Positions 18,147-27,172 of a stretch of DNA of 64,000 nt are shown piece after piece. Each line of letters begins with the position of its first letter. The stretch's first letter is position 1. Position numbers and translations under genes: made by a program. This stretch comes from Candidatus Saccharimonadota bacterium (GTDB lineage Bacteria > Patescibacteriota > Saccharimonadia > Saccharimonadales > Saccharimonadaceae), in contig JAFWBV010000005.1 in the NCBI GenBank assembly GCA_017506895.1, positions 67,983 through 131,982 of the forward strand. Reading direction: 5' to 3'. Under the pieces are notes generated by a model. That model saw nothing but the letters and a program-made list of their open reading frames with translations. It was not told the DNA's origin and did not search any database.

Positions 18147-20858
18147 CTAGTGATTTTGATTAGTATTGTCATCCACTGCTGGTTTTGGCGTTAAAGTGAT
18201 ATCAGCCGTAGCGATATAACCAGCCGCATCAGAAACCATTAATTTAACTGCCGATTCAGTGCCAGTGAGGGTGTAACCGTTAATAGTGCCATCCCCGGCA
18301 ATTGAAATGTTATTGTAATCTTTGGTTTCACCTTTAGCAGTCACCTGAAGTGTATATCCGGCTAAATCATAAGTACCTTTACTAATGGTGGCGACTAGTT
18401 TTTTGCCGCTAACTGAAAGAGCAACCCTTGGTGGTTGATAATTACATGGATCGTTCTCATCTTTGTTGTATGGTTCTGGAACATTGTATACATCATCTCC
18501 AGTCATCGGATCAGTAACTTTAGTGACTTCGACTGCGATTTTATAGTTTTCCGGAGTACATGTGGTGGCCAGTAAATGGTTGTAACGGTTAAAAGTTAGA
18601 GTTTCTTTGGCAATACCTGAGTTTTTGGAAGCATTAAACCAACTCGGCCAAATATCGGTTTTGCCATTAACGGTGAGAGTTTGCATGCCGGCAGGACGAG
18701 CTGGTTGGTCGCCTGAGTGCCATTTGCCATCTGGTTCATAGACTTCGTGGTGGACTCTTTCCATGAAATTGCCCACAACGTATCTAACTGGGTCGCCAGA
18801 ACCAACCGCGAACCCAGAACCATCATGGTTGCCGTTCCAGACAAAGGTAGATAATGCAGTAGAATAGCTTTCAATCAAAGAATCTTTGACCTCGGTAGAA
18901 CGAGCGGTGGTAGTAGTACCAGTCTTGGTGGCCGTCCAAACGCCTGGGATATTAAAACCAATGGTACTATTGGCCCAGCGAGCAGAACGATCGCTCAAGA
19001 TATCGGAAATCATATAGGCTACCTGTTCATCTACGACGCGCGTAGCTTCGGAATCGGTCCAGGATTCAATTACTTCGCCAGATGAATTCTTGATTTCAAG
19101 AACGTAGGCTAAATCTTTGTATGCGCCGCCGCGAGCCAAAGATGCATATGCGTTAGCGTGCTCAACCATTTTAACGCCACAACCAGAACCAATGGCGATA
19201 GAGAGACCGTAGCCCTCGCGACCATCACAATATGTTTTATCACCTAAGGCATGGGCGACTTCTAGGGAATTGTCAATTCCGTTAATATAGAGCGCCTTAA
19301 CGGCCGCAATATTTAGCGAGTGACCGAGAGAGAAGCGAATTGTGACATTACCATAGAATGTATTGGTCGCATTAGTAAGAGCACAGCTCCCGGAATAACC
19401 AGCACAGTAGATTCTATTAATGTTTTCATCTTTTAATACAGAACCTGGGCCATAGTTGATACCATCACGTTGCATAAATAATGGAGCATAATCGAGAATT
19501 GGCTTAATAGATGAACCAGGCTCAATAATTGAATCAGTCGTGACGTTAAGTTCACCGTAGGTAGGATTAAAGAAATCGGCGGAACCTACCATAGCGATAA
19601 CCTGAGACGTTTCTACATCTACGGAGACCATGGCTAGATTGTCGGTGCGGTTGCGATATAGTTGCGCAACGCCAACAGCAATTGAGTCTTCTGCAATTTT
19701 TTGTGCACGTAAGTCTAGAGTGGTTTTGATGGTCCAACCACCGGCGCGCATTGTCGAAATACCGTATTTGTCTTCGAGCTGTTTTTTAACTTCGAGAACG
19801 AAATGTGGCGCCAACATGTCTGCATATTGATTAGCTTCTGGTTTTATGGTATCGAGAATTGCAACTTCTTTAGCAGCCTCGGCTTCTTCTCTAGTAATAT
19901 AACCCTTGATAACCATATCATCGAGCACCTTATGCTGACGTTCAATGAGCATTTCATTACCGTATGGATTATAAGGATTTAAAACGGCTGGGTTGTTTGG
20001 AATAGCAGCAAGCAGAGCAGCTTCTGGCAATGTTAGCTCTTTGGCAGATTTGCCAAAGTAAGTTTGGGAGGCAGACTCAACACCATTACGGCGCCCACCA
20101 TAAGGGGACTGATTAAGATACATGGTTAGAATCTCTTCCTTTGAATACATCTTTTCGAGCTCAATCGCGAGAATTAGCTCTTTGATTTTACGCTGAAGAC
20201 CACCACGGTTGGCACTGGCTGCTTCATCTGAGAAATACACTTGCTTAATTAACTGCTGAGTAAGAGTAGAACCACCTTGGACATCTTGACCAGTAACTGT
20301 ATACAATATGGCGCGTCCGAGTGCAATAAAATCTACGCCATGATGACCATAAAAATTCTTATCCTCGATAGCGACTGTGGCTTGATACATATATTCAGAA
20401 ATATCATCGCCGCTTACAACTAAACGATAATCTTCATTGCCGGTATCTTTCCAAAGCAATTCGCCGTTGCGATCAAGATATGTGTTGACGGTTTCTGAAA
20501 TAGACATTTCATCGAGACGAATTTCTTCAAGATCTTTTTTGTAATAGAGAAATAGCCCGCCAATAAAGATAATTCCTATCAAAATACAAGCGGCAAAAAA
20601 TTTTAGAATAGCTTTTTGACCGCGCCAAGAGAACCACCATTTAAAAACTCGTTTGGGATGAAGCCTGGCAAAGAACCGCTTGACCGGCTCCTTGGGGAGC
20701 TTGGCGAGTTCTTCGGCACGACGCCTTGCATTGGCTTCTTTTTTGGCTCGATGCTTATAGCTCAAGCTTGAATAAAGATTCATTTTTTTCGCAGTTTTGG
20801 ATGATTTAGCCTTTTTGGATTTCTTCGGCAAAATCACCTCCGATTTCTTTTTAGTCAT
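18147..20858 (-). CDS. Class A penicillin-binding protein (transglycosylase-transpeptidase)
   Basis: EDKNFYGHHG, GGSTLTQQLIK, RKIKE, EPGSSIKP (SxxK), SLN, KTGT. Confidence 0.95.
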   Translation of the reverse strand: MTKKKSEVILPKKSKKAKSSKTAKKMNLYSSLSYKHRAKKEANARRRAEELAKLPKEPVKRFFARLHPKRVFKWWFSWRGQKAILKFFAACILIGIIFIGGLFLYYKKDLEEIRLDEMSISETVNTYLDRNGELLWKDTGNEDYRLVVSGDDISEYMYQATVAIEDKNFYGHHGVDFIALGRAILYTVTGQDVQGGSTLTQQLIKQVYFSDEAASANRGGLQRKIKELILAIELEKMYSKEEILTMYLNQSPYGGRRNGVESASQTYFGKSAKELTLPEAALLAAIPNNPAVLNPYNPYGNEMLIERQHKVLDDMVIKGYITREEAEAAKEVAILDTIKPEANQYADMLAPHFVLEVKKQLEDKYGISTMRAGGWTIKTTLDLRAQKIAEDSIAVGVAQLYRNRTDNLAMVSVDVETSQVIAMVGSADFFNPTYGELNVTTDSIIEPGSSIKPILDYAPLFMQRDGINYGPGSVLKDENINRIYCAGYSGSCALTNATNTFYGNVTIRFSLGHSLNIAAVKALYINGIDNSLEVAHALGDKTYCDGREGYGLSIAIGSGCGVKMVEHANAYASLARGGAYKDLAYVLEIKNSSGEVIESWTDSEATRVVDEQVAYMISDILSDRSARWANSTIGFNIPGVWTATKTGTTTTARSTEVKDSLIESYSTALSTFVWNGNHDGSGFAVGSGDPVRYVVGNFMERVHHEVYEPDGKWHSGDQPARPAGMQTLTVNGKTDIWPSWFNASKNSGIAKETLTFNRYNHLLATTCTPENYKIAVEVTKVTDPMTGDDVYNVPEPYNKDENDPCNYQPPRVALSVSGKKLVATISKGTYDLAGYTLQVTAKGETKDYNNISIAGDGTINGYTLTGTESAVKLMVSDAAGYIATADITLTPKPAVDDNTNQNH

Positions 20859-20920
20859 ATAAGTATTATACACTAAAATTTAGAAAAACATAAATATTTA
20901 TTATGTGATATTATGGTATT

Positions 20921-22561
20921 ATGCGAAAGTTTAAGTTCCGGTCGGTTGTGGCGCTTGCAAATATTCGTTTGTCGGTAAAATCGGCAGCGATTGTGCTAGC
21001 TTCTTCAACTTTAATTTCAGCGCTACTTGGTTTGTTCCGAGATCGGCTACTTAATTCTTACTATTTAGGCACTTATCCGACGGGGATTGACGCTTACACG
21101 GCGGCTTTCACTATTCCAGATTTTATGTTTTTTATTCTGACGTCAGGAGCCCTTGCCGTATCTTTTATTCCGGTGTTTAACCAAAGACTTGCAACTGGCA
21201 ATAAAAAATCCGCCTGGGAAATGTCATCAAGCCTGATTAATTTATTGGCGCTTTTAACTTTCACGGCCAGTATACTCATAATGATATTTGCCGACCCATT
21301 GATTCGCTACGTCGTGTCACCAGGTCTAGATGAATCCGGCATGGTACTTGCTATTAATATGACAAGAGTAATAGCAATTAATCCGTTTCTTTTTTCAATT
21401 GCAACAGTTTTGACATCAATGCAACAAGCGGTAGGGCGGTTTATCTTTTATGCTTTTGCGCCCGCCATATATAATATAGGAATTATTATAGGTATTACTT
21501 GTTTCACTAATGGCATAAATATATTTGGTATTCAAATATTTGAAGGCGGCATCATGGGAGTAGCGCTTGGCGTTATTTTGGGTGCTATCATGCAGCTGAT
21601 TGTGTCGCTCATCGGACTATTTGGGCTAGGATTTGATTATGATTTTAAAATTTACTGGCGAAACCAAGGATTTAGGACGATTCTTAAACTATTGCCGCCA
21701 CGTTCTTTGGACCAGGGAATTGATTATGTAAATGCATTAGTTTCAACAAACTTATCGTCTCGTATGGGTGCGGGCGCCGTTAGATCTTTTGACCAGGCAA
21801 CTACGCTGCATACGGTGCCGGTGAGTTTGGTTGGCGTGGCGATTTCTACAGCTTTTTTCCCAAAACTAACCGAAGAGCTAGGCAATGGTGATCGGAAAAA
21901 ATTTAATGATACTTTCAGGCAGGCACTCAGAATGATTATCTGGATTGCTTTGCCAATATCAGTAATTGCGTTCTTTGGCCGTGGTTATGTTACTAGTTTT
22001 ATTTCTAATATTGGTAATAATGATAGTAACGGCACAATTTCGTCGATTCTAGGAACCTTATGCGTGGCGATTTTTGCAAAATCGGTTTTTCATATTGCAT
22101 CACGTGGTTTTTATGCTTACCAAGATACTAAGACACCGTTTATCGTTTCAATTATTGCAATTGGTTCGACGATTGGACTTATGATTATGTTTTCACTGCT
22201 TGGTTGGGGAGTAGATGGATTAGGTATTGCTCAATCTATTGGTGCAGTTTTTGAAATCTGTCTATTATTGTTTATTTTAAATCAGCGGTCACGCCATGAA
22301 TTACTGGATAAGGCATTCTTTAAAGCATTTATCCGAATGCTTGTAGCAACAGCGATCACGGGCTGCGTGGCGTTCTCGATGACAAAGTTTATTCCATTAA
22401 TGGCAACTGATAATTCATTAGTGATTACAATACCTAAATTCTTGTTTATTTCGTTCACGTCGCTTGTTGCCTATTTAATTGCGAGCTATTTCCTAGATTT
22501 AAAAGAGTCAAAGCCGGTGTTTGAATATATCAAAAAGAAATTGTTTAAGAACGTAAAATAG
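20921..22561 (+). CDS. murJ: Lipid II flippase MurJ
   Basis: LGLFRDRLL, AFTIPD, SFIPVF, many TMs. Confidence 0.92.
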   Translation: MRKFKFRSVVALANIRLSVKSAAIVLASSTLISALLGLFRDRLLNSYYLGTYPTGIDAYTAAFTIPDFMFFILTSGALAVSFIPVFNQRLATGNKKSAWEMSSSLINLLALLTFTASILIMIFADPLIRYVVSPGLDESGMVLAINMTRVIAINPFLFSIATVLTSMQQAVGRFIFYAFAPAIYNIGIIIGITCFTNGINIFGIQIFEGGIMGVALGVILGAIMQLIVSLIGLFGLGFDYDFKIYWRNQGFRTILKLLPPRSLDQGIDYVNALVSTNLSSRMGAGAVRSFDQATTLHTVPVSLVGVAISTAFFPKLTEELGNGDRKKFNDTFRQALRMIIWIALPISVIAFFGRGYVTSFISNIGNNDSNGTISSILGTLCVAIFAKSVFHIASRGFYAYQDTKTPFIVSIIAIGSTIGLMIMFSLLGWGVDGLGIAQSIGAVFEICLLLFILNQRSRHELLDKAFFKAFIRMLVATAITGCVAFSMTKFIPLMATDNSLVITIPKFLFISFTSLVAYLIASYFLDLKESKPVFEYIKKKLFKNVK

Positions 22562-22577
22562 TGATATAATTATAGAT

Positions 22578-22865
22578 ATGGATATTAAACGCGAGGATAT
22601 TTTGCATTTGGCTAATTTGTCAGAGTTTACTTTGAGTGATGCCGAGACCGATTCATTAGGAAAGGATTTGCAAGATATCATTAAATATATTTCACAATTA
22701 GACGAGCTTGATACTTCCACGGTTGAGCCAACTTATCAAGTTTTTGAAATGGAAAATGTTTGGAGAGATGACGTAATTTTAGAACAAGATGCTACGCGCG
22801 AAGAATTATTGGCTCTTACTAAGAATGAAATTGATAATCAAATAAAGGTGCCAAAAGTATTATGA
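22578..22865 (+). CDS. gatC: Asp/Glu-tRNA amidotransferase subunit C
   Basis: ILHLANLSEF, QLDELDTSTVEPT, WRDD; precedes gatA. Confidence 0.93.
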   Translation: MDIKREDILHLANLSEFTLSDAETDSLGKDLQDIIKYISQLDELDTSTVEPTYQVFEMENVWRDDVILEQDATREELLALTKNEIDNQIKVPKVL

Positions 22866-24244
22866 AAATCGCAAACAAAAAAGTTACAGCTGAGAGACTA
22901 GTAAAGGATGCACTGGCAAAAGCCAAGCATTTTGCTGAATATAACATTTTTACTTATCTAAACGAAGAAGAGGCTCTGAAAAAAGCTCGCAAAATCGATG
23001 CTCGAATCGCACGAGGAGAAGACGTAGGAAAACTAGCCGGTGTACCATATGCACTAAAGGATAACTTCTTGTCGCCAGAAGGCGAGACTACGGCTTCAGC
23101 GCATATTTTGCAAGGTTTCGTCTCACCGGTCACCGCAACATCAGTAGCAAAACTAGAGGCGGAAGGGGCAATCATGATTGGACGGACAAACATGGATGCA
23201 TTTGCTCATGGGTCATCGACTGAAAACTCATATTTTGGTCCTACACTTAATGCACACGATAAAGAACGTGTCGCCGGAGGTTCGTCTGGCGGTTCAGCAG
23301 TAGCTGTTGCGCTCGATATTGTAGAATTTGCGACCGGTACAGATACTGGTGGCTCAATTAGACAACCGGCATCTTTTAACGGAGTTTATGGATTTAAACC
23401 GACCTATGGCTGCATTTCGCGCTATGGTGTAGTCGCGATGGCTTCGTCGACGGATTGTATTGGCTTCTTTGCGAAAACACCAGAAGATATGGATTTACTA
23501 ATGTCGATTGCTTCGGGCCAAGATTCGAAAGATATGACAACGTTACCAGATTATTATAACGACGAAGTGAGCACGGAATTGAATAGTTCCCGTGCTCGCG
23601 TTGGCATAATTAAAGATTTTGACAATGAATCGGTTGACCCAGAAATTCGCGAGGCATTGAAAACTAAGTGCGACGCCCTAAAATCAAAGGGCCATGAAAT
23701 CGTTGAGCTTGAAATGCCAGCATTAAAATATGCGCTTGCAGCATATTATATTATCGTTCCAGCCGAAGTCGCCTCAAACTTATCACGCTATGATGGCGTA
23801 CGCTATGGATTTCGTTCAGAAAAGTCGGATGATTTAGATGCTTTGTATTTTAATACTCGCTCGGAAGGATTTATGCCTGAGAACAAACGCCGAATTATGA
23901 TTGGAAATTTTGTGTTGTCATCTGGTTTTTACGATGCGTATTTTCTAAAAGCCGCAAAGGCTAGAACACTAATTGTAAAAGAATATGAAAAAGCCTTTAA
24001 AAAATGTGATTATTTATTGACGCCGGTGTCCCCAAACCCAGCCTTTAAGCTCGGTGAAAAAGTAAATGATCCGGTAGCGATGTATCTAGAGGATGTGATG
24101 AGCGTTTCGCTTAATTTGGCTGGAGTGCCTGGTTTAGCTATTCCAGCAGGAAAAACTAAGAAGGGCCTACCAATTGGCTTGCAACTCGTAGGGCCTAGAA
24201 GAAGCGATAAGAATTTAATTATATTTAGTAAGGAGCTAATCTAA
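22862..24244 (+). CDS. gatA: Asp/Glu-tRNA amidotransferase subunit A
   Basis: Amidase signature GGSSGGSA, GTDTGGSIRQPA, SRYDGVRYG. Confidence 0.97.
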   Translation: MKIANKKVTAERLVKDALAKAKHFAEYNIFTYLNEEEALKKARKIDARIARGEDVGKLAGVPYALKDNFLSPEGETTASAHILQGFVSPVTATSVAKLEAEGAIMIGRTNMDAFAHGSSTENSYFGPTLNAHDKERVAGGSSGGSAVAVALDIVEFATGTDTGGSIRQPASFNGVYGFKPTYGCISRYGVVAMASSTDCIGFFAKTPEDMDLLMSIASGQDSKDMTTLPDYYNDEVSTELNSSRARVGIIKDFDNESVDPEIREALKTKCDALKSKGHEIVELEMPALKYALAAYYIIVPAEVASNLSRYDGVRYGFRSEKSDDLDALYFNTRSEGFMPENKRRIMIGNFVLSSGFYDAYFLKAAKARTLIVKEYEKAFKKCDYLLTPVSPNPAFKLGEKVNDPVAMYLEDVMSVSLNLAGVPGLAIPAGKTKKGLPIGLQLVGPRRSDKNLIIFSKELI

Positions 24245-24663
24245 TGGATGGTGGTGTAGTAACATTTATTATAGCAATTCTAATTGTAGCCGTACTGGTT
24301 TTTGTTGCTATTCTACTCACTGGTAAACGCGGTTATCATTTTAATGTAGAACAATATCAGGCGAAATTTTTAGAAATCGAAAACGGCTTGAAACAAGAAA
24401 ATCCAGCAAGTTTTATGACCACTATTATTAATTGTGATAAATTGCTAGACAAAGCTATGGTAGAAATGGGTATCCCTGGTAAAACGATGGGGGATAGGTT
24501 AAAAAAGGCAGGTGGTAGATTCTCTAATCTGAATGCCGTCTGGAGAGCTCACAAACTTCGCAACGTAATTGCGCATGAATCAGACATCGAGATTAGTTAC
24601 AAACAAGCAATGAATGCCGTTTCTGTATATAAACAAGCCCTAAAAGATTTAGGAGCAGTATGA
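24244..24663 (+). CDS. Membrane-anchored HEPN/DUF4145-like protein
   Basis: N-terminal TM; helical domain with TMGDRLK and RNVIAH (RxxxxH). Confidence 0.6.
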   Translation: MDGGVVTFIIAILIVAVLVFVAILLTGKRGYHFNVEQYQAKFLEIENGLKQENPASFMTTIINCDKLLDKAMVEMGIPGKTMGDRLKKAGGRFSNLNAVWRAHKLRNVIAHESDIEISYKQAMNAVSVYKQALKDLGAV

Positions 24664-24731
24664 ATCAAATAAGAATCAAAAATAAGGCAATGCGACTTTA
24701 TCTAACAATAAAGAATACGAGGTTGAAATAA
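24660..24731 (+). CDS. Candidate 23-aa micro-ORF coupling the HEPN-like gene to gatB
   Basis: AGGAG SD; ATG overlaps upstream TGA (ATGA); its TAA overlaps the gatB ATG (TAATG). Confidence 0.45.
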   Translation: MNQIRIKNKAMRLYLTIKNTRLK

Positions 24732-26209
24732 TGAAATATATACCGACAATTGGAATCGAATGCCACGTACAACTTTGTACAAAAACTAAATTGTTTTCCG
24801 AAGTGGATAACGATGCACGGGGGAAAGAACCAAATTCTTGCGTTTCACCAGTGGATTACGCTTTGCCCGGAATGTTGCCAAGATTAAATGGCGAAGCAAT
24901 TAGATTGGCAATCCTAGCCGGGCGAGCCATGAATTGCGAAATTAACACTTGGTCACGTTTTGATCGAAAACACTATTTTTATCCTGATTCACCTAAAGGA
25001 TATCAAATTACTCAATTTTATGAACCGATTATTGGTGCAGGATATGTTGAGCTACCGTCTGGAACCAAAATTCGAATTGAACACGCACATCTCGAGGGCG
25101 ATGCTGGAAAATTAACACATTTTAATAGTTACTCCTTAGTAGATTTAAACCGTGTAGATACTCCTTTAATTGAAATTGTTTCGATGCCCGACATTCATTC
25201 GGCGAGTGACGCCCATGATTATGCGAAGGAACTTTGGAGATTGATGTGCTTTGCTGGCGTGACATACGGTGATTTATACAACGGGAATATGCGATTTGAT
25301 GTAAATATATCATTGGCGCCAGAAGGAGCAGAGAAATTAGGCACACGCGCAGAAGTTAAAAATCTTAATTCATTTAGAAGCGTAGAAAGAGCAGTAGAAT
25401 ACGAAATAAAACGCCAGAGTAAAATCTTAGATGCTGGACAAAAGGTAGTGCAAGAAACTAGGGGCTGGAATGACGCTAAGGGTGAAACAACGGGGCAGCG
25501 ATCAAAGGAAGAAGCAAAAGATTATCGTTATATGCCGGAGCCAGATTTGCCACCGATTAATCTTTCGGCTGAATTTATCGAAAATGAGTCGGCTAAATTA
25601 CCTTTGATGCCATCGGATTACCGCGAAATATTTAATGGCATTATTAAATCAGACATCTTGGAAGTGTTGCTAGATTATCCGAAGCTTATGGAGAAATTAA
25701 GAGAACTCGGAAAGGTCCCCGGTCGAGAGCGCTCAAGGCCGCTAGGCCAAGCTTCACTCTCTCCCGTGAACCTTCCAAGTTCTCAAATTGCAACAATCTC
25801 TAATTTATTTACATCAGTGTTACTGGCGGAGGAAAAGTCGGCGGAATATTTGAACGATTTGCCATCGACAGCCGATTTGGCAGAACTAGCTGAAATGAAT
25901 GAGAAAAAAGAATTGTCATCAACAGCAACCAAGGAAGTATTTTTGAAATTATTTGATCCGCAGATGAAGAATCATGGAGCAAAACAAATCGCAAAGGAGC
26001 TGGGACTTATTCAAGAAAATGACCTTGGTGCTCTCGAAAAAATAGTAGACGTGGTACTATCTAAGCCGGAAACGCAAAAAGCACAGGAAGATTTCCGAGC
26101 AGGTTCAGAAAAAGTACTCGGATTCTTGGTGGGGCAGGTAATGAAAGAATCGCGTGGTAAAGCTAACCCGGGCGCAGTACAAGAGATTCTCCGCAAAAAA
26201 CTACAATGA
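24731..26209 (+). CDS. gatB: Asp/Glu-tRNA amidotransferase subunit B, carrying an in-frame palindromic insertion
   Basis: IGIECHVQL, RKHYFYPDSPKGYQITQ, DYRYMPEPDLPP, GQVMKESRGKANP. Confidence 0.97.
   Translation: MKYIPTIGIECHVQLCTKTKLFSEVDNDARGKEPNSCVSPVDYALPGMLPRLNGEAIRLAILAGRAMNCEINTWSRFDRKHYFYPDSPKGYQITQFYEPIIGAGYVELPSGTKIRIEHAHLEGDAGKLTHFNSYSLVDLNRVDTPLIEIVSMPDIHSASDAHDYAKELWRLMCFAGVTYGDLYNGNMRFDVNISLAPEGAEKLGTRAEVKNLNSFRSVERAVEYEIKRQSKILDAGQKVVQETRGWNDAKGETTGQRSKEEAKDYRYMPEPDLPPINLSAEFIENESAKLPLMPSDYREIFNGIIKSDILEVLLDYPKLMEKLRELGKVPGRERSRPLGQASLSPVNLPSSQIATISNLFTSVLLAEEKSAEYLNDLPSTADLAELAEMNEKKELSSTATKEVFLKLFDPQMKNHGAKQIAKELGLIQENDLGALEKIVDVVLSKPETQKAQEDFRAGSEKVLGFLVGQVMKESRGKANPGAVQEILRKKLQ
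25701..25784 (+). repeat. 84-bp palindromic element inserted in frame in gatB
   Basis: Stems GAGAACT/AGTTCTC and GGAAAGGT/ACCTTCC; core 25723-25760 matches uvrB 13573-13610 at 33/38. Confidence 0.85.
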
Positions 26210-26232
26210 TATAGTTGCAGGAATAATAAAGA

Positions 26233-27066
26233 ATGGATGAATCATTTAACAAAAAGACGACTAGACCTGAGAATGGGACTTTTGATGGAATTAAAGAAGA
26301 AATAGAATTTGACGCAGAAAAAAACTTTATTAATGCCTGGGGTGACAGCATTAAAAATAAGTTAACGGAAACTAACGAGGCCCCAATAGATGTTAATAAA
26401 CTTATGGCAGTCAAAATCGAAGATGGGCTTTCGAACAGTGAATGGGAAAAACAATTTATAAATCCATATATTTACGGTATCAGAGCGTCGGCGGCAGAAA
26501 TCGGAGATTTAGCTAGGGAGCTGGTTGAAGATAAGGATGGTTTGGGGGTTGATAAGAGTATTAAGGGAATTGTAGGGCTTTTTTCGGATATTTATGGGCT
26601 TAAAAACACGATTGATATCGAACCGATCCAAGGAGATGAACGGGCTATGAATTCGGTTTTAGGTTTTTATATACCTGGCACAAATACGCTTCATGTCAAT
26701 TTTCAGAAAATGAGTGAAAAAAATGAGCAAATGGCTAGTCAGATGTTTGCCACAATTGCACACGAAATGTGGCACGCGCATCAAGATGAAATTTCGAACG
26801 GAAACCCTACGCTACGACAAGTTGTTTATCATGAAAATATTAGTAATTACACGAACCCAGAAGATAACTACCATGGATACCAAAGCCAGTTAATTGAAGA
26901 CGAAGCCAGAAGCATGGGATATGCCACGCGGGAAGTGATTGATAAAATCTATAATAATAACAAAGACGCATTTAATAATAACATGGAAGAATGTGTTGCA
27001 CTGAAAACTTATGCCCTGCAAGCACTTAGGACTAAAGAACAGAAATTTAATGAATTAAATATTTAA
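26233..27066 (+). CDS. Hypothetical protein with HExxH zinc-peptidase-like motif
   Basis: TIAHEMWHAHQ and downstream QLIEDEAR. Confidence 0.55.
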   Translation: MDESFNKKTTRPENGTFDGIKEEIEFDAEKNFINAWGDSIKNKLTETNEAPIDVNKLMAVKIEDGLSNSEWEKQFINPYIYGIRASAAEIGDLARELVEDKDGLGVDKSIKGIVGLFSDIYGLKNTIDIEPIQGDERAMNSVLGFYIPGTNTLHVNFQKMSEKNEQMASQMFATIAHEMWHAHQDEISNGNPTLRQVVYHENISNYTNPEDNYHGYQSQLIEDEARSMGYATREVIDKIYNNNKDAFNNNMEECVALKTYALQALRTKEQKFNELNI

Positions 27067-27172
27067 AAAATCTTTCGTTTTTTGAATTATTATGGTAAAA
27101 TGATGGAAAATATGTCTTGTTTTTGAGCGTGGAGCTTTGAAACAGTAAAGTAATAATAATTTAAAGGAGTAT

